This document shows positions 57,828 through 64,000 of a stretch of DNA of 64,000 nucleotides, one piece after another (within the stretch, counting starts at the first letter, position 1; every line of letters starts with the position of its first letter). Source of the DNA: an uncultured Alphaproteobacteria bacterium (GTDB taxonomy: Bacteria; Pseudomonadota; Alphaproteobacteria; RF32; CAG-239); assembly GCA_944391725.1 (NCBI GenBank), contig CALXUQ010000001.1, forward strand, positions 17,345 to 81,344. Reading direction: 5' to 3'. A program made the translations under genes and the position numbers. Below the pieces are notes generated by a model, which was given only the letters and a program-made list of their open reading frames with translations, did no database searches and was not told the DNA's origin.

Positions 57828-58172
57828 CTACAAAGGCAAAATTGCCCAAATGAACTTAAACGGCAAGACCATAAATTTCTTACCATGAATCGTTTCAACA
57901 ACCACATATTCGGTCAAACCCAAATTGCAGTTAGCCACCACAATTTCTTTTTTGCGCACCGACCTTGATGCCACCCGACAACCATAACGTAATTTTTTAG
58001 CCACATTTTCGACTGAAAAATTTTCATCTTCACCATTATCTGTTTGTGGTTTTAAACAGCCCCATAATCGTACGCTTATATGATTAGACCAAGGATAACT
58101 ACACAAAGAGACATTATCCATCAAATCATTTGGGTGTGGCGGACGAAATCCATCTAAACATTTCTGCTCCAT
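57828..58172 (-). CDS. Hypothetical protein (114 aa), weakly supported
   Basis: The only sizeable ORF in the 466-nt addB-rdgB spacer. ATG start but poor RBS. No motif recognised. Confidence 0.3.
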   Translation of the reverse strand: MEQKCLDGFRPPHPNDLMDNVSLCSYPWSNHISVRLWGCLKPQTDNGEDENFSVENVAKKLRYGCRVASRSVRKKEIVVANCNLGLTEYVVVETIHGKKFMVLPFKFIWAILPL

Positions 58173-58219
58173 ACCTAATAATTTTAAAATAGTTACTATA
58201 ATCAGTTATAAAAAAACTC

Positions 58220-58813
58220 TTACTTCTGACGCAAATAAGCTACAAATTTTTCCAGAGCTCGACCCCGATGCGAGATACTCGCTTTTTCGTCAGCTTCAAA
58301 ATGTCCAAATGTCTTGTTAAAACCTTCCGGAATAAAAATCGGATCATAACCAAAACCTTTGTTACCGCTTTTTTCTAAAGCAATTTTCCCATCAACCCGA
58401 CCTTCAAAAACTTTAGTTTCCTCACCGGGAATGGCTAAAGCTAAGACACAAGAAAAGTGAGCACTTCGGTCATTCGAGCCGCTTTGCTTCAGCTCAGCTA
58501 ATAACATATCCATACCTTTGTCAAAATCGCGGTTTGGTGCATAGCGAGCCGAATATACCCCCGGTCGTCCCTCAAGCGCATCCACACACAAGCCGGAATC
58601 ATCGGCCAGACAAGGCAAACCCGAAACTTTGGCCAAAGTTTCAGCCTTAAGGCGCGAATTTTCCTCAAAAGTTGTTCCGGTTTCTTCCACATCGGGAAGA
58701 CTTAAATCTTGAGCCGAACAGACTTCAATCTCAAGCGGCGCCAACATTTTTCTAAATTCGGCAATCTTGCCTTGGTTGTGCGAGGCAATCACGATTTTTT
58801 TGATAGTTTGCAT
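58220..58813 (-). CDS. rdgB: dITP/XTP pyrophosphatase RdgB (Ham1 family)
   Basis: ATG at 58813 (MQTIKKIVIASHNQGKIAEF). GFGYDPIF motif. Confidence 0.9.
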   Translation of the reverse strand: MQTIKKIVIASHNQGKIAEFRKMLAPLEIEVCSAQDLSLPDVEETGTTFEENSRLKAETLAKVSGLPCLADDSGLCVDALEGRPGVYSARYAPNRDFDKGMDMLLAELKQSGSNDRSAHFSCVLALAIPGEETKVFEGRVDGKIALEKSGNKGFGYDPIFIPEGFNKTFGHFEADEKASISHRGRALEKFVAYLRQK

Positions 58814-58814
58814 T

Positions 58815-59528
58815 TTAGTTTTTCCCCAAAGCTTGTTTTTGCGCTTCAATCAGTTCGGCAATACCTTTTTTAGCCAACGCATATAGCGCCTTAAATTGAT
58901 CATCGTCAAAAGGCATACCTTCGGCTGTTCCTTGAATTTCTACAATCTTACCACTTTCTGTCAGCACAAAATTCATATCTGCCTGCGCGTTAGAATCTTC
59001 CACATAGTCGACATCTAAAATCGGCTCTCCGTGATAGAGCGCACAAGAAACCGCGGCCACAGCTTCTTTGAGTGGATTAACCAAAAGCTTGCCTTCCTTA
59101 TGGAGTTTGGCTAAAGCCATTGCTAAGGCCACATAACCACCAGTAATTGAGGCAGTACGAGTTCCGCCGTCAGCCTGAATAACATCGCAATCAATACAAA
59201 TTGAAATATCTTTCATGGCATTAAGATCGACCACAGCCCGCAAAGCCCGTCCGACCAAACGCTGAATCTCCTGAGTACGCCCCGAAGGTTTGGTAGTTTC
59301 GCGCGGAACTCTGACCTGAGTTGAACGCGGCAGCATACCATATTCGGCCGTAATCCAACCTTTGTTTTGACCTTTGAGCCAAGCCGGCACCTTGTCTTGC
59401 ACACTTGCCGTACAAACCACATGCGTATTGCCGCATTTAATTAAGCACGAACCTTCGGCATAAGGATTATAATTGGGTATAATTTCAACTTTGCGGAGTT
59501 CATCTGCTTTTCGATTAGAATTTCTCAT
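58815..59528 (-). CDS. rph: Ribonuclease PH
   Basis: 237 aa. GSCLIKCGNTHVVCTAS and DCDVIQADGGTRTASITG motifs. Confidence 0.95.
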   Translation of the reverse strand: MRNSNRKADELRKVEIIPNYNPYAEGSCLIKCGNTHVVCTASVQDKVPAWLKGQNKGWITAEYGMLPRSTQVRVPRETTKPSGRTQEIQRLVGRALRAVVDLNAMKDISICIDCDVIQADGGTRTASITGGYVALAMALAKLHKEGKLLVNPLKEAVAAVSCALYHGEPILDVDYVEDSNAQADMNFVLTESGKIVEIQGTAEGMPFDDDQFKALYALAKKGIAELIEAQKQALGKN

Positions 59529-59575
59529 GATATGTCTTCTATAAAATTAAGTTAGTCACTTAAGAGATATAATGC

Positions 59576-61699
59576 TCATAAATGACCGCTTGTCAACAGC
59601 TTATAATACTGATAGACGCTACCGTCTTTCACATCCCAGCTAAAATCTTTGCGCATGGCCGCCACTTCCATTTCGGTCAGTTTTTGGGGATGATTGGCAA
59701 ACACGTCTAAAGCCTTGAGCAAAACATCGGCATAAGCATTAACATTATTTTTGAAACGCTTGCCGTCTTTTTCACTGCCATACACCTGACGAGTATTACC
59801 AAAAAAGACCAAAGTCCGAAAACCGTCCGTTCCGTCTTCAATCGTATCCACCAACCCTCCGGTTGACATTGCCACCGGCAGACTTCCTTTGGCCATGGCC
59901 TCCATCTGGGTCAGTCCGCAGGGCTCAAAGCGACACGGCATCATATAAAAATCACTCGCCAGCTGAATAGCATAAGCAAACTCATCTTTATAGCCGCGGA
60001 AGACAAAGATTCGTTTTGCCGCTTCCGGGTTTAGGTCTGCCACGGTATCTTTGAGTTTCATCAAATGCTCGAAACATTTCATATCTCCGGCACCACCCAA
60101 AATAAATATCGGCGCGACCTTAATTTTTTTGGCCTTATACAGCTCAATAATGGCACTGGCCGCAATGTCATAACCTTTTTGTTCCACCAAACGACTGGTC
60201 GCACAAAACATCGGAATTTCATCACTGATATTTTCCAAATCCGAAATATCTTCAAACTTATAGAAATTAATCAGCGGCAAAGTCTTGCGTCGATAATCGG
60301 CATCAACCGCCAATTTTGAGATAAGGCGAATAAATTCGCGTTTGTTTTGCTTTTTGATTTCTAAAGAATTTTCTTCATAACAACCAAAATTAAAGCCGAC
60401 AAAATGGTTATTTATACAATTGATTTTTTTAGGATTAGGGGTAATCAGTTTCTTGTCATAACCATTAACAATCCCGACAAAAGTACCGTTTTCTTTGCGC
60501 AGATTTAAGAGTTTGCAAAAATCATAACCAAAATCGGGCTCTTTGGAAACTTCCTCACAATAGTTGCGCGACACCGTCACCACCCGATCGGCCAAATGGA
60601 AATTGCAACAAGCCTGATTATAAACCCCGTCCACCACTAATGAGTTGTGAATACGGGGATTATCTTTACGACAAGCCTTAGCATTTTTGAGCACCGGCTT
60701 AATAGAATTTTCATACAAAGAATTAAGAATGCGCACGGTGTTTTGATTATCCCAGCCCTGATAACCCAAATGGTGAGCCAAATGGATAACCGGAATATTA
60801 CGGATTCTTTCTGCGGTTTCAGCATCCAAACGACCTTGTTTTTGGAGCATCACGGTCAGATACTTGGTCAAACCGGCAATTGCACCGCTGTGCCAGTCAT
60901 TGGCAATCAAAACATTCGGACAAGAAATTTCGGCCAAATCGGCATTGCCTGCGCACAAACTTTTTAGCAATACAAAAACTGCCTTGGAGAAAAATGCAAA
61001 CCGCTCCACCTCGTTGATACCAAGCTTGTTAAGAACATAGCAGCCATCTTGGCAATCCGGATTGCGATAATCGGTCGTAATGGTAAAGAAGCGATGATTT
61101 TTCAAGAAAATATAATTGACCATTCCTTTTTTAGCGGTATAAACACCCACTTCAAAGGACTGCAAAACATTATTTTTTCCGACAAATGGAACATAGATAT
61201 TAGTGATTTTTTTGATTTCGATAGAACGGTTTTCGGCACCGGTATAGATATTTTTTCGAAGGAAAGCTTTTTTGTGTTTGGTATCACCGAGATAAAGCGG
61301 AGTAACGACCGTGATTTTATCACCTTGGTTTTGGAAAGTAGTGTTAAATGCCTCAGGCAATTCGGTTGCCACCACTCCCAGTCCGCCAACTTTCATAAAA
61401 GTTGCTGTTTCCGAAGAAATCATCCAAGCATTAATTTTGTGGATATCGGGCCATTTTCCGGCTGCGGCACACTGTTGCTTTGCCACTTCATAAATTTCGG
61501 AAACCTGCTCGCCCGGCTCTGCCTCCCCATGCATTGCAGAAAATTTCCCAAATTCGCTTTTTGATAACAACCCCCGTTGATTAACTGTACTTGACGTAGG
61601 TTTATTAGCCCTCATTTTTACTCTCTCGCAACCACAAAACACACCCCTCATCATCGCACAACTTCCTTTTTTTTCACAAAAGGGAGTATGCACCAACAT
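59576..61699 (-). CDS. Glycogen/starch synthase-like GT5 glycosyltransferase, unusually long; start codon uncertain
   Basis: KVGGLGVVATELPEAF (KxGGL motif) and STGGLVDTIEDGTDGF. About 90-aa N-terminal extension and internal insertions. Alternative ATG starts downstream of 61699. Confidence 0.7.
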   Translation of the reverse strand: MLVHTPFCEKKGSCAMMRGVFCGCERVKMRANKPTSSTVNQRGLLSKSEFGKFSAMHGEAEPGEQVSEIYEVAKQQCAAAGKWPDIHKINAWMISSETATFMKVGGLGVVATELPEAFNTTFQNQGDKITVVTPLYLGDTKHKKAFLRKNIYTGAENRSIEIKKITNIYVPFVGKNNVLQSFEVGVYTAKKGMVNYIFLKNHRFFTITTDYRNPDCQDGCYVLNKLGINEVERFAFFSKAVFVLLKSLCAGNADLAEISCPNVLIANDWHSGAIAGLTKYLTVMLQKQGRLDAETAERIRNIPVIHLAHHLGYQGWDNQNTVRILNSLYENSIKPVLKNAKACRKDNPRIHNSLVVDGVYNQACCNFHLADRVVTVSRNYCEEVSKEPDFGYDFCKLLNLRKENGTFVGIVNGYDKKLITPNPKKINCINNHFVGFNFGCYEENSLEIKKQNKREFIRLISKLAVDADYRRKTLPLINFYKFEDISDLENISDEIPMFCATSRLVEQKGYDIAASAIIELYKAKKIKVAPIFILGGAGDMKCFEHLMKLKDTVADLNPEAAKRIFVFRGYKDEFAYAIQLASDFYMMPCRFEPCGLTQMEAMAKGSLPVAMSTGGLVDTIEDGTDGFRTLVFFGNTRQVYGSEKDGKRFKNNVNAYADVLLKALDVFANHPQKLTEMEVAAMRKDFSWDVKDGSVYQYYKLLTSGHL

Positions 61700-61783
61700 A
61701 ACTTCCGCTATTGACTTGTTGTGTAATAATCACTAAATATCATAATATATACAGGCATAATCCAAAAGTTTAAAGAGGAAAAA

Positions 61784-62386
61784 ATGAAAAAAGAAAAAAT
61801 AGTTGATAAACCCGAATGTGAAGAAGACGAAGCCGCGGAAACTGAGCTTGAGCAAGAGCTTGCGGCCGAGGACGCCGCTGAGGGCGAAGCCGAAAACGAT
61901 GCGGAAGATTTAGAGTTTTTGAAAGCGGAAAATCAACGCCTAAAAGAAGACTTTTTAAGAGCTTATGCTGATGCCGAAAACATCAAAAAACGTTGTGCTC
62001 AAGAAATTGAGAAAAACAACAAATATGCCATTTCCTCTTTTGCCAAAAGTCTGTTAAGCGTTGCCGATAATCTGCACCGTGCGATTGATGCCCTCCCCGA
62101 GGACAAGAAACAAAACTGCCCCGAGGCCATGAGCTTGCTTAAAGGAGTTGAGCTCACCGAAGCAGAGTTGATGAAAGTGTTTGATAAATTCGGCATCAAA
62201 AAAATGGAAAGCCTCGGCACGGTTTTCAACCCCAACTACCATCAGGTCATTCAAGAGGTTGAGGACAAAGAAAAGCCGAACGGTACCATTATTTCTGAGC
62301 TCCAAACCGGTTATATGCTCAACGACCGCATTTTGCGTGAGGCCATGGTTGTGGTCACCAAAGGCGGACCGAGCGAACAGCATTAA
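61784..62386 (+). CDS. grpE: Nucleotide exchange factor GrpE
   Basis: Acidic N-terminus, coiled coil, and FNPNYHQVI / ELQTGYMLNDRILREAMV motifs. Confidence 0.95.
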   Translation: MKKEKIVDKPECEEDEAAETELEQELAAEDAAEGEAENDAEDLEFLKAENQRLKEDFLRAYADAENIKKRCAQEIEKNNKYAISSFAKSLLSVADNLHRAIDALPEDKKQNCPEAMSLLKGVELTEAELMKVFDKFGIKKMESLGTVFNPNYHQVIQEVEDKEKPNGTIISELQTGYMLNDRILREAMVVVTKGGPSEQH

Positions 62387-62409
62387 GCAATAAAAAGAAT
62401 TAATTTTTG

Positions 62410-62443
62410 CACTACTTACCGGAAAGGGTAAGTAGTGTTTTTT
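62410..62443 (+). terminator. Rho-independent terminator of grpE
   Basis: CACTACTTACC-ggaaag-GGTAAGTAGTG followed by TTTTTT. Confidence 0.85.
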
Positions 62444-62444
62444 G

Positions 62445-62472
62445 TTGCAATTTTTCAAAAATACTTTAAGTT
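62445..62472 (+). promoter_or_regulatory. Predicted promoter of composite module B
   Basis: TTGCAA, 16-nt spacer, TAAGTT, 7 nt before the conserved RNA start (62480). Positionally equivalent to 48093-48120. Confidence 0.5.
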
Positions 62473-62479
62473 AGGAGAT

Positions 62480-62646
62480 GCACTCGGGAGAGCCTGGTGC
62501 GGAGTATCGAAACTCCTCGTATGAAAGAATAGCTCCTTGAATGGGGAGCGACCGGAATAAGTGTGCCTTGCGCATAACGAAGAAGGTCGACTGACATACG
62601 CAGTTTCGAACTCCCCGCCTTAGGAAAGCTAGGGCGGTTTCTTTTT
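62480..62646 (+). ncRNA. Conserved structured leader/ncRNA with intrinsic terminator, copy B (unclassified)
   Basis: Same architecture as 48127-48296. The helix CGTATG (62518-62523) / CATACG (62595-62600) replaces TATACAGAAA/TTTCTGTATA of copy A. Identical terminator at 62615-62646. Confidence 0.65.
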
Positions 62647-62675
62647 AACTAGAAACCTAAAGGGAGTTTAGAGCT

Positions 62676-62924
62676 ATGGGACGTTATAGTAAACGAATTA
62701 AATCTTGGCAGGAATGCCGCAAAGAAATTGGCGAAAAGATTAAGGACATGCGATTAGAGTTGGATTTATCGCCCGAAACCGCCGCCGAAATTTTGCATAT
62801 TGGCACCAAACATTTATGTTGCTTAGAAAATGGCGACATCCGTAAAATGGAAATCTCTTATCTCCATTCTATAGCTTATAAATATAGCTATAAGTTAAAG
62901 ATAAGCTTTGAGAAAAAGAATTAG
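62676..62924 (+). CDS. XRE-family helix-turn-helix protein (82 aa), copy B
   Basis: AAGGGAG RBS. IGEKIKDMRLELDLSPETAAEILHIGTKHLCCLENG. 54 of 82 residues identical to copy A by hand count. Confidence 0.75.
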   Translation: MGRYSKRIKSWQECRKEIGEKIKDMRLELDLSPETAAEILHIGTKHLCCLENGDIRKMEISYLHSIAYKYSYKLKISFEKKN

Positions 62925-62937
62925 AAAAAACAAAAAA

Positions 62938-63088
62938 AGTCATCCCTCGTTTTTCAGAGAAAAACGTCCAGGGATCTTCCGATTAAAGCGACTAACTCGA
63001 AGACCCCTTGACGACTACTAATGTAGTCGAGGGGTGACATTATTTATATATTAGTCACCCGCTAGACGAGTTTTAAACTCTGGCACGG
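62938..63088 (+). repeat. Conserved structured tail of module B
   Basis: Differs from 48574-48724 at only a handful of positions. Confidence 0.8.
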
Positions 63089-63543
63089 CTTAAAGTTCGG
63101 AGAATGAGTCGTATAGAGTGATTTCTTTGGCGATGACAATCCTAGCGTATAAAGAAATACGTGGATTGGCATCTACCCCGTAAAATTGCTCTAATAAACC
63201 AAAATAAACTTTAACCTCAGGCACAGCTTAAAGTTCGGATAGTGGATTTAGTAGAGTAGTTTTTAGGGCGAGAAAAATTTTAGTGTAGATAAACCTACAT
63301 GCAGTCGATAGTTGGCGATTGGCAAGCACCTCGTGCGCAGACAGAGCCTTACGTGACGAGCGAGCTTGCGAGATCAACTTTTCGAGACCCGCTAAAACTG
63401 CTCTAATAAACCGCTAGACGAACTTTAAGGTAAATTGTGATATGTGAGTCGAATAGTAAGAAATTAGGAATTTTGCGACTGAGTGTATAAAGAAATACAC
63501 GATTGGAGCAAAATATCCGACATTTCTGTACTAGTCGACCACA
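63089..63543 (+). repeat. Hairpin-unit array B: type-2 unit (63089-63213), type-3 unit (63227-63429), degenerate type-2-like unit (about 63424-63543)
   Basis: Same conserved termini and apex as arrays A and C. The type-3 unit has 11-nt terminal inverted repeats, CTTAAAGTTCG ... CGAACTTTAAG. Confidence 0.85.
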
Positions 63544-63553
63544 GAGCACAATT

Positions 63554-64000
63554 TTATATCATGGCCATACCACCATTAATATTAATAGTCTGTCCGGTGA
63601 TATATTGAGCTTCATCAGATGCTAAGAAAGCAACCACATTGGCAATGTCTTGAGCTTCACCAAGTTTGCCTTCCGGAATTTTAGCCAACAAAGCAGCTTT
63701 CACATCTTCTGGCAAAACATCGGTCATCGGAGTACGAATGAAACCCGGAGCAATCGAGTTAACCGTAATTCCGCGAGAACCAACTTCTTGAGCCAAACAT
63801 TTGTTCATGGCAATCATACCGGCTTTTGAAGCAGAATAGTTAGCTTGTCCGGCATTTCCGGTAACACCAACCACCGAAGCAATACCGATAATACGACCAT
63901 AGCGGCGTTTCATCATACCGCGAACGGCAGCTTTAGCCAATTTGAAACCAGCCGAAAGGTTAACATCGAGCACCAACTGCCAGTCTTCATCACTCATCCG
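63554..64000 (-). CDS. fabG: 3-oxoacyl-[acyl-carrier-protein] reductase FabG, N-terminal part beyond window edge
   Basis: YSASKAG active site. C-terminal TGQTININGGMAMI. The ORF stays open to the window end. Confidence 0.85.
   Translation of the reverse strand, partial: RMSDEDWQLVLDVNLSAGFKLAKAAVRGMMKRRYGRIIGIASVVGVTGNAGQANYSASKAGMIAMNKCLAQEVGSRGITVNSIAPGFIRTPMTDVLPEDVKAALLAKIPEGKLGEAQDIANVVAFLASDEAQYITGQTININGGMAMI

Noticed and set aside
1-64000. Prophage, IS element or integrative element genes
   Set aside because: No ORF resembles a transposase, integrase, recombinase, capsid, terminase or reverse transcriptase. The repeat modules therefore appear non-autonomous within this window.

Overview
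This 64-kb window is a gene-dense chromosomal segment. Gene content and synteny point to an alphaproteobacterium, probably a Rickettsiales- or Holosporales-like lineage. This is an inference from addB-addA-trxA, DUF3576-leuS-lptE-holA, DUF2336 and a YlxR/L7Ae fusion between nusA and infB. Most of the window is housekeeping: murJ, nfu-like, gloB, rimP-nusA-infB, hppA, cysS, rpmB, dnaB, rpmH-rnpA-yidD-yidC-engB, holA-lptE-leuS, rsmB, lptF/G, tyrA-like, cysK, gmk, yicC, ftsH, trxA, addAB, rdgB, rph, grpE and fabG. One tRNA-Arg(CCG) is present. rpmH (44 aa) is absent from the ORF track and was found by eye. No rRNA, CRISPR array, transposase, integrase or prophage genes were seen. The most unusual content is a composite non-coding/coding module present twice, at about 48093-49066 and 62445-63543. 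Each copy has a predicted promoter, a roughly 170-nt structured RNA ending in an intrinsic terminator, an 82-aa XRE-type HTH ORF, a roughly 150-nt structured tail, and an array of long modular hairpin units. A third, array-only copy lies at 41632-41902. Compensatory base changes and strand-specific G-T wobbles support RNA-level structure. The non-coding parts are far better conserved between copies than the ORF. Secondary points: a rearranged tRNA-Arg locus (56-nt direct repeat plus an inverted tRNA-like fragment) next to orphan genes, an orphan gene pair between infB and hppA, tandem ycgN paralogs with a divergent Cys-rich mini-ORF, a leader attenuator upstream of rimP, and several divergent enzymes. 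All calls come from reading the sequence and the ORF translations. No database search was run, so family names are recalled motif matches and coordinates of small features are hand-counted.
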